DNA of 63,076 nt, the filler included, from Rhabdomonas costata (Eukaryota): the NCBI GenBank assembly GCA_019059605.1. It is 43 parts of 43 records of this genome, joined end to end, with 100 filler letters (N's around TTAATTAATTAA, not from the genome) between each part and the next. Parts side by side here need not be neighbours in the genome. Positions count along the whole stretch, not along the records: positions 49,967 to 51,332 come from JAHMHO010018007.1; positions 51,433 to 52,801 come from JAHMHO010018008.1; positions 52,902 to 54,270 come from JAHMHO010018009.1; positions 54,371 to 55,738 come from JAHMHO010018010.1; positions 55,839 to 57,206 come from JAHMHO010018011.1; positions 57,307 to 58,674 come from JAHMHO010018012.1; positions 58,775 to 60,143 come from JAHMHO010018013.1; positions 60,244 to 61,611 come from JAHMHO010018014.1; 35 more parts are not named here. One strand, written 5' to 3'. The translations under genes and the position numbers were made by a program. Below are positions 50,895 through 61,999 of the stretch, piece by piece. Position 1 is the stretch's first letter. Each line of letters starts with the position of its first letter. Under the pieces are notes generated by a model. That model saw only the letters and a list, made by a program, of their open reading frames with translations, had not been told where the DNA came from and ran no database searches.

Positions 50895-51329
50895 CTAGTC
50901 GTCGACCTTGTCGTCTCCAGGATCGGCTTCATCATCGTCGCTGTTGATGGCGGCTCTGGGGGACCATTTGGCTCTGTGAAGAACTGGAGGGGCTTCGGCA
51001 CCATCAGAAAGAAGCACATACTGAACATCTCTGACGTGGTAATGGTACCCGACACTCATACAAAGGGAACTAACGGAAGGGAATCCAGTGCTGACGCCAC
51101 CAACAACGCCAGCCGATGCGAATTGCTGGGCACCGTATCCCCACAGCATATCAGCGAGATCCTCCTGGCAACAAGTTTCACACCCAGTATCCAGGTTCCA
51201 CACCTTCATGGTCTTGTCGTAACTGCCGCTGACAATGTGCTTCCCGTCAGGAGTCACGGCTACCGCAAGGACGTAATCGGTGTGTCCCTCGAGGCTGCGC
51301 TCCTCCTTCCCAGTATCCAGGTTCCACAC
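50895..51329 (-). CDS. C-terminus of a WD40-repeat protein (42-aa HET-E-like repeats)
   Basis: VWNLDTGKEERSLEGHTDYVLAVAVTPDGKHIVSGSYDKTMKVWNLDTG, then a unique acidic tail and TAG. Confidence 0.9.
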   Translation of the reverse strand: MWNLDTGKEERSLEGHTDYVLAVAVTPDGKHIVSGSYDKTMKVWNLDTGCETCCQEDLADMLWGYGAQQFASAGVVGGVSTGFPSVSSLCMSVGYHYHVRDVQYVLLSDGAEAPPVLHRAKWSPRAAINSDDDEADPGDDKVDD

Positions 51330-51499
51330 ACCNNNNNNNNNNNNNNNNNNNNNNNNNNNNNNNNNNNNNNNNNNNNTTAATTAATTAANNNNNNNNNNNN
51401 NNNNNNNNNNNNNNNNNNNNNNNNNNNNNNNNGGGTTTGTTGGTTGTTGATTGTTGATTCAATTTTTTCCTCCTTCAAACTGAGTCAACCTTCCTGGCG

Positions 51500-52150
51500 T
51501 ACTGGTGGTGGTGTTGGCCGAAGCATTTTTACTTGTGGACCACGTGCCGGTTTCGAATATGTTTATCCGGGCCCAGCGGGTGCTGAAGCGGGCGGCCTAC
51601 TTCGTCTTCCTGGGCAAGCTCCCTCCCGCGGGGGTCACTGCAGGCGTGCTCCCCCGGTGGGACGACGCATCGGCGAGTTGTCTGGCACTCGGTCTGTGCT
51701 CGGCCCATCGGGAAGGGAGGCAGGAGTGATGCTTCGTCAACTTTTATGGATCGATGTTGTTGCGATATGATTTTTTTTACTGATTTTTGATCGATATGCA
51801 CGCAGGCGTGGATTTTGTTAGTGAGACATCATTTCTCGGTGCACTCAGAAGGCCGCTCAGTGCTCCCCACGGCTGCGTTTCGTGGGGCCATTGCGGAGGC
51901 CTTCGGGGCGTTTGACTTCAGCATCCGCGTCTTTCCCGCACCAGCACTTTGCGGCAGCTCTCGGAAGGAGGATGCAGGCGGTGGGGCCGAGAATCCAACG
52001 AGCGACTCTTGTGTCGCCGCTGCGGTGCCCGCGGAGGTTGCGGAGTTGAGGGACCAGGGGCGGTACTTTGTGTTCGGCACGGTGGACCCCGAGAGCCCGC
52101 GGTGGGCGGGGCGGGGTGGGTTCCACCCCTGCTCGGTGAGCTTTGAGGAG
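51500..52150 (+). CDS. Two putative exons of an unassigned protein
   Basis: GC-rich open segments (about 51500-51720 and 51849-52150) separated by an AT-richer intron-like stretch. Boundaries are approximate. Confidence 0.35.
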
Positions 52151-54686
52151 CTCAACGAAAACACCCTCAACGCCCCCCCCCCCTCCAGATGCCGCGGTAC
52201 AGGTTTGATGACCGCTTCCGTCTGGGGGGCGTACTGAGGGGCGTACTGGGGTTGATTACATCTCCTTCTAACTCCTGCAAATGAGCTAATGGAGTCCCCC
52301 CACCCATTAACTTACGTAGGGTTAGGCGTTATACTTGCACGTGGGTCACCATCGTCACATTTTCTCCCATTGAATTTCGGGGATTGCGGATGTGGATCTT
52401 TGCCTTGGTTGTTGTGCAGCTCACCTGTTTGACCGAAGGAGAATACATTTTGAAATCCACCTCGGTATTTTTTCTGTGCAATTGCATCCCGGACTTTTGC
52501 CGAGGGAGGAGGAGGGAGGTTTTATGGGGCGATGTACGTCAAACCGTTTTCAAGAGGTCTTAGGGGGTGAAGCCTCGCTCCCACCAACATTTAGGTTTTG
52601 TATTTTATTGTTAAAACGGCGCTTTAGAGTTTGCCCCCCCCCCCCAATGACAAGGGGTTATTTGGTGACATGACAGTTTGCTCAAATGGAACGGCACTAG
52701 ATGCCTTTGTTAACATTGACTTCGGATCAGGACTATTTTTAACTGGGGGCTTCTTTTTCACTATCGGTCACACCCCCACCAAACACACCCACAAAACCAC
52801 ANNNNNNNNNNNNNNNNNNNNNNNNNNNNNNNNNNNNNNNNNNNNTTAATTAATTAANNNNNNNNNNNNNNNNNNNNNNNNNNNNNNNNNNNNNNNNNNN
52901 NGTGGGGTGTGTTTGGGGGGGGTGGCAAGCCTGAAAATACAATTGCGATGGAGAGGGAGCGCTATTGTTTGAATTATTTTCGTCTGATTTGATGGAAGAA
53001 CGTGCTTCCAGAACCAACATACATAAACACCCGACAAAAAATGCAGAGGAGTGGCTACCGAACCGCGAAAAAAAAAACGGACTCAATTGTTCGGTAAATT
53101 CTGTCACATTGCCGGCTGAGTGTTATCACTTTTAGGTCTCGTAAGCCAGTTAAGAGTGGTGACGGGCTAGAATCCCTAATATCAACAGAATCGTGAAGAC
53201 TTCAGCGCACAGGCAAGCCGCAGCTCAAGACAAAAAGCCTGACCAGTTGCCAGTGGCGCAGAGTACGGAACGGTACGTGCAGAGAGGGTGAGCAGCTTTT
53301 GGTGGATCTTCAAGTCACACGGAAGCGGAGTGTGCCGCACCATGACAGCATTACCACGAAATCGCGTGACTATAAATTTCCGTACAGTGCCACGTTAAGC
53401 ACGGCGGTCGGAACCACAACTGCGAACAGCGCCGCAGTGTGGTAAACCACTCGCCAAGACTCCACAGGCAAGTCGTACAACTCCGAGAACCGAAAATCCT
53501 GGAGCAAAGAAGAGTGGAAAGGCGCATGGAGTTCAATGCACGTTTCCTTTCATGTGCTTCTATCTCTGTACTTCATCACAATCTTTCACTCTATGATGAG
53601 AAACTTTGGTGCCGGAACAAAAAATGGGGTGTGCAAAAATGCTGCGGGAACAACGGAAGAGAAGGGCCATTACATATGTGCGTTTACGGCATATTTCCTT
53701 CTAAAGGAAACAAAAGATTGAGGAAGCGAGGCAGAAGGTAGAAGGCAGAAGGTAGTGTGGCGCTCCGGGTTCGAGGTTGAAGCTTCAACTCAGACTCGCT
53801 AAAATAAATAAAAGATGAGTTGCCAGGTGGGGCCAACCTTGAGATGGCCGCTGAGACTCCCCCACAACATCGCACACTGCATCAGCAGCACAGGCAGGGC
53901 AGTCTGTTTTGCACCCGCCCAGACTGAGTGCAGAGCAGCTACACACCACCCAAGAGCAGCCCAGCCCAGCTCCTCCTGAAAGGCCCCGGTGAGCCACCTG
54001 AGACCGAATGGTAGATCACTGTCAATGCATAAATTTTACGGCACACAGACCACAGCCCCCACCTCGCTTTGCTTTGCTTTCAACGAGGCCATAAAAGTCA
54101 CCGAACGTGGCAATGTGAACAATGGGGGAGCAGCGCAAGGTGATGTTTCAATCGCCTTAGCAGGTTCTGTCCAACCGATCGGAACCTGTATTATGGATGG
54201 ATGGAAACTCGCTTCCCCCAAACAAGATACAAGATACATTACACACACCGCGTAAAGGGTTCCGCTTGGCNNNNNNNNNNNNNNNNNNNNNNNNNNNNNN
54301 NNNNNNNNNNNNNNTTAATTAATTAANNNNNNNNNNNNNNNNNNNNNNNNNNNNNNNNNNNNNNNNNNNNGGCCACACCGCCCATGTCCGAAACCCTTGA
54401 ATTTGCAAACGGGTCTTTGGGGTCTTAGAGGGGACTTGATAGCCTTCTCCCATTGTCGTGAGGTGCCACAGTGAAAACTCCCAGTTTGCGGCGTGGTCTT
54501 CCATAGTTCTGAGAGGTTCTGAGAAGTGTGTGCGCTGACTGTCTCACGGGCAATGTGAGTTGGAATGGGCGAAGAGGGGATGGTTCGAAAGGGTATTAAC
54601 TGTGATTATATGGGCCAAGTTTTCCGCGGGTTCCCGTTTCCCAGCGCTTTTTTCCCAGGAGGGGTGGCCCGCTATTTCCCTCGCAG

Positions 54687-55129
54687 ATGCTAGGCCCCAG
54701 TGGTCAGCTTGAGACGGCGACCTCAGTGTGGGGGGCCAAGTTCTCGCCCTCCACTCGGGAATTCTACAGCGGCCACAACGACTGGAACCGCTCAATGCGC
54801 TTCGATAGCTTCTACCAGGTGTCTGCCTGCCGAACCCGGCCCATTTGCGATTGGTCTACTGGGACTGAGGAAGGTTGCGCCTCCCAGCCGCGCGCTTCGA
54901 CATTACAGCCCGAGCTTCAGAGAACAGCAAACACCCTCGCGTACATGATTACAGGCGTACCGCGCACAATTGAGTTAGTGTGATGATGAGGGGGAATAAT
55001 GAAGTATGGGGATGGGTTGTGGATTTGCAGCCCAATGGCGCCGCCCCGGGTGCGGCCTACGGCCACGGGGGATACTACGGCAACCCCTCCGTGTATGGCA
55101 GCTACGGGGGCTCGTACGGCAATGGCTGA
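54687..55129 (+). CDS. 3' exons (54687-54818, 55031-55129) of a protein with a Gly/Tyr-rich tail
   Basis: A phase-0 GT-AG splice joins ...DWNRSMRFDSFYQ to PNGAAPGAAYGHGGYYGNPSVYGSYGGSYGNG and a stop. Confidence 0.65.
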
Positions 55130-56809
55130 GCGCTGCCCCCTTTGGAGCTTCACAGTGTGGGTCTCCTCACCGGTGGTACGTGTGCGTTTGACTGTGTGCG
55201 GTTTGTATTTGCTTTCACTGGGCTAGATCCGCCTTGCTTCGGCTTAAAAAGAAGGGGTTCGCGCACTTTCTGTCACCGTTCACATTGGTGTTTTCGCTGC
55301 ATCCTGCAAGTGCGTCGGTTGGTGGAACGCCGTTTGCCTTCAACTCTGACTTCAAATTGCCATTTGTGCTGTGAATGTTTGCTCATACTGAGCCAGTTTT
55401 TTTGTCCGCGCGTTAAGTTGTGAGGGTTGACTCTCCATTGGACAGCGGGCAATCTTTCAGTCAGGTTAGGTCCGTTTGGAGTTCCCAAGGGCAGAGCCCA
55501 GGGGAACATTGCACCGGCACGGTAGCTGATGATGGGCTGTACATGGAGTTTCAGTCAGCTTTGAGGACTTATTGCGCCACCACAGTTGACCTCGATTGTA
55601 TTCGAGTTATATTGTCGTTATTTTTCGAATGGTAGCCCGTGCTCAAATGGAAGCCCACCTTAACTCCGAAATAGTAGTTGCCCGGGATTCCCTGTGAGGC
55701 CCCTTTTATTTTTTTCGCATCCTTTGCTGTTGTGTCATNNNNNNNNNNNNNNNNNNNNNNNNNNNNNNNNNNNNNNNNNNNNTTAATTAATTAANNNNNN
55801 NNNNNNNNNNNNNNNNNNNNNNNNNNNNNNNNNNNNNNTCTGATTATCCGCTACTTTTTCAGGTTCGGGTGATTCGCCGTTCCCTCGAGAGCTTGGTCCG
55901 AGCCTTCAACGGCTTTGCACCGGCCATCATGGCTACGCGGCCCCAAAAGAAGGTCCCACAGCTTCCTGATTTTTTCATCCGATCTCAGGCATTATGCTTT
56001 TTGGTCTGTTAAAAACCTTGTTGTTTCTTTAGTCTCTTTTGTCTGCTAATATGTTTTTCCCGATTTTGTACTCCCGTTCTGCAGCCCACGGGCCCGAGGT
56101 TTCCGGTGCCAAAGGCCCTTCCGCCGATTGGAGGCGGTGTGCTCTGTTTTTGACAGCGCTGAGTTCTTCTTTTTTCTTGAACAACTGCCCTTAACGTGCA
56201 CGCCCTTACACTGATAACACAGCTGTCGCGTAACTGGATTCTCTCCCTCGGCTGAAAAGGGTCGTACGTGCGTTTCTCATGGCTCAATCTTGCATCGGGA
56301 CTTCACTCTTCTCACTTTCTAGTGCTCCTTCCTTTCCTTTTTTGTACCTTTAACCGGTTTTGAAGAATTTCCTCCATTTTGTCACCTTAGTGGAAGTGAC
56401 CAACCCAAACGCTTGCACACTCACGCACACACGCCAGATCTGTACAAAGCAAAGAAATACCCTTCGCAACACCGTACAGTGGCGAGGGCTGTGCATTCCT
56501 CCTCGCCTGAGCTGGGCACCACAATTCTTTTTCTTGCGTGCATTTTCACTGGTGTGGAATTTCGTTCTTACCGCTCAGAGCCCTCTGTAGTGACCACCCC
56601 GCGAAGCGTGGCGCCCTCACCAGCAGCCACGGCCAAAGCTGAATTCCCGCCCGCGCCTTCTGAACCTTCGGCGTCGCCCTCGCAAACCGAACCCACTGGT
56701 GTGCACGTTTCCGGCGGAACTTTGTCGCCTTTGTCTTGTTCATTTGATCATTTTTTTCTTTTCTTTTTGCTTTGCAATATGCTTTCAGCGGCTAGTTGCT
56801 TCGTCGGGA

Positions 56810-56932
56810 AAATATAAATTTATATATAATATTTATAATAATATATATTTATAGATATTAATAATTAATAGTAGTATTAATAGTAATTTACTATTAATTT
56901 ATAATAATATATATAAATATTTATAAATATAT
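56810..56932. repeat. Almost pure A/T low-complexity tract
   Basis: About 120 nt with only a handful of G/C inside an otherwise mixed-GC contig. Confidence 0.9.
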
Positions 56933-57075
56933 GCAGTCCAGGCAAACATTTTAGCAGTCAGCGAATGTATCCAAATATCTGTTTGGCGAGAGCCCAGCCA
57001 TCTTGTGTCGGTTTCCAAAGAGTTTCGCAGGCAAGGGAAGGAAGGGTTCTATTGTTCGTCCCATAGGGTCTACGA

Positions 57076-57206
57076 GTGTTGCAGAGCCCACAAGCACTGC
57101 AGATGCACCCGCTGAGATCTCCCAAGACCTCAGGTGCGCTGGTGCTGCCTCGGGTCTTGGGAGATCTCAGCGGGTGCATCTGCAGTGCTTGTGGGCTCTA
57201 CAACAC
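57076..57206. repeat. 54-bp terminal fold-back inverted repeat
   Basis: 57076-57129 is the reverse complement of 57153-57206, with one mismatch near the contig end. Confidence 0.9.
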
Positions 57207-57306
57207 NNNNNNNNNNNNNNNNNNNNNNNNNNNNNNNNNNNNNNNNNNNNTTAATTAATTAANNNNNNNNNNNNNNNNNNNNNNNNNNNNNNNNNNNNNN
57301 NNNNNN

Positions 57307-57696
57307 AGCGCGACGAAAATACAGGCTGCCTACCGTGGATACTTCGAGCGATTTTATGTGGGTGGTCTGAAAATGGAGCAGAAGGAGCAGCGTCAGCGAA
57401 CGCATGAGCGAGAGAAAAAGACTGCTGAGGCAGCAGAAACGTTGCAGCGGTGGTTCAGGTGCTGCAACTCACGCAGACAGCTCAAAGAGCTGCGATGCGC
57501 TCGGCGCCTCCGTGCCCAGCATAGGCAGGCCACGGAGACGGAGCAGATTGTGCAAGCCTTGTTTGCGCAGCTGCAGGCGGGAACTCATCAGCCTCTGCTC
57601 TCCGAGTCGGCCCCAACTGCCCGCCAGCGTCTTGGCCCTAACAGCGCAGCCACGCGAATCCAAGCCGTATGGAGGGGTCATCGGGACCGCCAGAGG
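57307..57696 (+). CDS. IQ (calmodulin-binding) motif protein, partial exon
   Basis: Three IQ-like motifs: ATKIQAAYRGY, AAETLQRWFR and AATRIQAVWRGH. Putative donor GTCCGT. Confidence 0.8.
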
Positions 57697-58245
57697 GTCC
57701 GTCACTGCTCACGGCGATCTGTGCAGGACCGAACTGATTGTCAGCTGTCATATGCTGGCTGTGGCGCACTTTTTGACTCTCCAGTTGTGCCGAAGAAAGA
57801 TGATTGTGCGGTGTAATTTTGCTGTTCATTGTCAATACTTTAAACTTTTTTTTGTTTGTTTTCTGTGTCACTTGTCTTCACTGCAGGGGTTGGTCGAAAC
57901 AGAACGTATTTGCTTTCTTATTGCAGGTTGTACACAAATATTTTGTACCATTGGACGACGTGCCCACAAATTATATCAAACCAAGATTGAAATTAATTGT
58001 GTACGATTCTTTTTCGGTTAAAATAACTGAAGCAAATAGCTAACAGTGGGATGGCATTTTGCCTGCGCAACGCAAATCCTGGGAGGTAAAGCTGCTCCAT
58101 CTTTTTTGGTGGTAATGCTGTGTCAGATACCTGTACTCTACATCTGATTTAGGCGGAAGTTTCGGTTTAAAGAACTGCCAAGTGGAATAGTAAAATATTC
58201 AGTGCTGCTTGTTCCGCCAGGCTTTTTGGAGTTACTTTTCTTTCA

Positions 58246-58330
58246 ATGGCTGAATTACTCCGGGCAAAGATGACATCTGAAGGCCTCAGTGAAGCCTTCA
58301 TCGCCTCTTTTTTACAGAGCTACCAGGAAT
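58246..58330 (+). CDS. Probable N-terminus of UTP-glucose-1-phosphate uridylyltransferase
   Basis: MAELLRAKMTSEGLSEAFIASFLQSYQ resembles the 'KMxxxGxxxxxIxxF' N-terminal helices of trypanosomatid-type UGPases. The match is short and the exon end is unclear. Confidence 0.5.
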
Positions 58331-60068
58331 GCTGCGCCAACTTGCACACCATCGTTTGTAACCGCGTTTCACTTGCCCGCCAAATATTTTCCTTGTGGCT
58401 GGTAGAAACAGCACCTGTACTGTACTATACTGTATTTTGTTTTTGAAAGAGGACGAGTAAAATATACTGAGGCAGAGGGGTGAGACCCGGTAATGAAGGA
58501 AAGGGCTGGGAATTGCATTGATGGCATGAAATGTCGACCCCATCGAGACAGCCATTGTGTATGCTTGTGCGGGTATGTGTACAATTTCGTTTGGATAAGG
58601 ATGATATCACTTTCCAAGGCTTTCGATAGAAGAGGGTGCTTTTTCAATGTGCCCACTGTCGCCCACCCCCCAACNNNNNNNNNNNNNNNNNNNNNNNNNN
58701 NNNNNNNNNNNNNNNNNNTTAATTAATTAANNNNNNNNNNNNNNNNNNNNNNNNNNNNNNNNNNNNNNNNNNNNGCATGTGTGGGTTGTGTGGGGAGCTA
58801 TGAACAAGCTACTTGGTGCTTTTGAGTTTCCATTTGAGAGTATTGATTGAGTGCTGCAGTGCGTCCCCGTGTTGCTAAGTACAGACTTGATAATGTCTCA
58901 ACCATCTGCTAGTAACAATTACAGATCACACCTCCTGACGTTGGTGCGAACCCACACTCAGAACAGTTACGACAGATGCATGGAATGTTTTGGATTTACA
59001 TATACAGAGGTGGAAAGAATTAGCAAGAAGTTGTGCAAAGGTTGAATGCGGCTTTTCAAAAGGTGGTAGAGAATTCCTTGAGTTGCGAAGGTCGGAAAGA
59101 GAATAATGTGGTCAAGAACTTGGTTGGTATTACAGAGGAGTGGAAAATGTAAATGTTTGCAGCTTTGCAGAATCCAGGTTGTCATTGAGAACTCAGAGCT
59201 ATCTGTTCTGAGTGCAATTCAGCAAATAGTGGAGGACAATTCCTTGTTGACGTATGCCGTGAAACTATCAGCAATGTGGTGGATGGGACACCATTGTGAC
59301 ATGATTGGGAACAAATGATTTGAATGAGGTTTGATGGTGGATGATTCATGCACGAGAGTTTGTTTAAAGGTGACCGACACAACGAATATCGTACCCGGCC
59401 ATAACCGACCACCTCGGCACCAGCTTTGCGACTCCGTGCGCGATAGAAGGGATGTTCGCCACCGTTGGTCTTCGATTGGAATCCATGGACCGCTCGGCGG
59501 GTAAAGGCGTGCAACCAAAAGCCGTAAAAATGGAAACTGACAGCAAAGAAGGAATAAGCAGAAAGCCCCGCAAAAGATACACAATCGTAAAGTGTCGGAA
59601 ATGGCGCGTGTTTTGAAAGCGTATGTAGCGTTTTTGTGGTCGAAAAACACCTACCTGGAGAAGGCAGAACACCGGAAGATACATGCACAGCACGTTCCGA
59701 GAAAAACCGTGAAAAGGAAAAAACGCTTCAGGCACACATTGAAAGATTGCATTGTCATGATTACAGGACAAAACATCAAAACATCAAAACATCAGATGCG
59801 CGACAAAAGAGCTCGACTAGCGGGAAGAATGGATATTACCAACTGCTTCTCTTCAGTTAAAAAACGGTTACTACTTTCATCATGATGAACGCAAGGCCCC
59901 AGCCTATGTATGTACTCATGCAGTGGCGTTGCCTACCACCACTAGAATCGATATTCTCTTCCGAGGGACCTTGCCGCTATCATCATGATCGCCCGTTGGC
60001 ATGTCGAGTGATAAGGCATACCGTACGCATCCCCTCAATCCCTCATTCTGGGTCCTGGTCTGGGGAGT

Positions 60069-60140
60069 GTGGTCGGCATCAACCCTTGACTCACATCAGG
60101 CTTTTCACCCCCATGTGAGTCAAGGGTTGATGCCGACCAC
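60069..60140. repeat. 28-bp terminal fold-back hairpin
   Basis: 60069-60096 is the reverse complement of 60113-60140, at the contig end. Confidence 0.9.
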
Positions 60141-60277
60141 CACNNNNNNNNNNNNNNNNNNNNNNNNNNNNNNNNNNNNNNNNNNNNTTAATTAATTAAN
60201 NNNNNNNNNNNNNNNNNNNNNNNNNNNNNNNNNNNNNNNNNNNGGGGGGTTTGGCCTCCCCAACCTCAAATAGCAAC

Positions 60278-61318
60278 CTTTCGCAGAGCCTGTGCCATCA
60301 CCCATGTCCACAGCCCGACCTGCACCGCCACAACCACCCGTCGCAAGGCCCACACAATCCGATCCCGAGCCGGGGCTCCCGAACTTCCCCAAGCGCGGTC
60401 CCCGACCCGCTCCGTGGCGAACCCCGCGAAGAGCGCCAGCAGCATGAGGGCTCGGGCAGGACGGGCTATGGGGACCCAGGTCAGAACCACTGTAACCATG
60501 GCGTTGGCGCCGTAGTAAATTGCGCTCTGACAGAGGTGGGGAAGAAGAACACATAACCATCGCGCTGTCCCAGCAAGTGGTACACAAGCATTCCTGCAAA
60601 ACACAAAAGACAAAAGACATCAGGGCAATGCACTGCTCTGCGTGAGGGACATGTGCGCTTACCCCAGTACAGCATCCTTATTCCGCATACTCTGTTTCTT
60701 CGCTCATCTATTTGAAAAGCAGTTCAAGACTGTGATAAATCGGGTTTGGTTCTGTAACAGTCACATATTCAGCTTTTTGAACACGAGTGGATGCCGGTGG
60801 GTGCCCTTCCAACAAACCCTGCCCCCCATCACTGAGCTCCGTACGACACCGTGCACATATTATGAAGAAGAGCAAACGCAAACACAGACACGAGCACCTC
60901 CATCCCAAACAGCGAACCCAACAAGGTGCTGTGCAGGCCGTCCAACCGCTGCAGAGCAGCGAAAATCCGCTCGTACGAGTCCTTCAACCTACCCCGAAGA
61001 AGAAGTAGAAGAAGAAAGTCTTTCACAACCGCTGCTGCACAAACGTCAAGGTCCACACTGATATCTCATTGGCACCGAAGCCTACGTTGACAAGAAGGAG
61101 CGAGGAGAAAGACCTCGATTCGTGGGTTCGGCTGACCTGCTCTACTTGCTGTGTGGTGGCCATCAGGGAGGCCAGGCTTCCCTCCGCCCTTGTGAAGGCC
61201 TGCGCCTGCGCCTTCTCCAGCCCCAGAAGCACCCCATGGGCTTCAGCTTGCCTCCTCACCAGCTCTTCTTGTGCTCGCTGCGCCTGCTGAAGCTGAGCAC
61301 TGACCTCCTCGCTGTACC
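60278..61318 (-). CDS. GEX1/KAR5/Brambleberry-like nuclear fusion protein; exons 61318-61114, 60988-60898, 60526-60278
   Basis: A Q-rich coiled coil leads into RLDGLHSTLLGSLFGME|SAIYYGANAMVTVVLTWVPIARPARALMLLALFAGFATER and a third TM segment, matching the family's LLG...FY...LT...AR...ER three-TM C-terminus. The diagnostic Cys-rich domain is not in the contig. Confidence 0.6.
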
Positions 61319-61735
61319 CTGTTGGTGCGGGTTTCGGGTTTCCTAATTTTCCCCTGCGTTTTTGAAAGAAAGGCGGCATACAAAAGAAACAAATGTCCGT
61401 TTTTTTTCCTGAGTGCAGCCATAAACTACATTTCGAAACGGATTTCTGCATGTTTTGAACGCGGAGTTTTTCCCCGCGATTTCCCACAAAAAAGATTGTT
61501 CACCATTTTTGCTTTCGAACAGATGTCAAAAATATCTGCAGATCTGCATAAAAATAAAAGAATCGGGGGTTAGCGATACCAGCAGACATATTACAGGCTC
61601 CAAAACTTGATNNNNNNNNNNNNNNNNNNNNNNNNNNNNNNNNNNNNNNNNNNNNTTAATTAATTAANNNNNNNNNNNNNNNNNNNNNNNNNNNNNNNNN
61701 NNNNNNNNNNNTTTTGTGGGGGTGCAACAGAGGAC

Positions 61736-61999
61736 CTGGTGGATCATGTAGTGCTCCCACCCCAGGCTCTGCTGCACCCCCACGCTCCTCCACTCCCGCT
61801 CGGACATCAGGCGATCTTTGGGCAGGATCCGGGCCAGCTCCTTGGGCAGGATGACGTGGCGGTACTCGTACACGTCGTCGTTGTATTTGTCACTGTACTG
61901 GATCCGGGTCATGTTCTGGCGAATGATCTGCTGGAAGGCCTCCCGCGCCACGTCCACCATGAAGTTCGTGGAGCTGATGCGTCCGGGGTTCTCCATCAT
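61736..61999 (-). CDS. CKS1: Cyclin-dependent kinase regulatory subunit, 5' exon
   Basis: [55 protein letters not shown]. Donor CAG|GTCCTC. The start codon is uncertain. Confidence 0.97.

Noticed and set aside
2940..51332. ZNFX1, the LRR protein and the WD40 receptor as a defence island
   Set aside because: They lie on unlinked contigs, and the LRR contig is probably from another genome.
50790..51380. 196-aa plus-strand ORF
   Set aside because: It is the antisense shadow of the WD40 gene.
1370..61711. Regularly spaced TTAATTAATTAA motif as a CRISPR-like or biological repeat
   Set aside because: It is always embedded in 44+44 N and is a six-frame-stop linker added at assembly.
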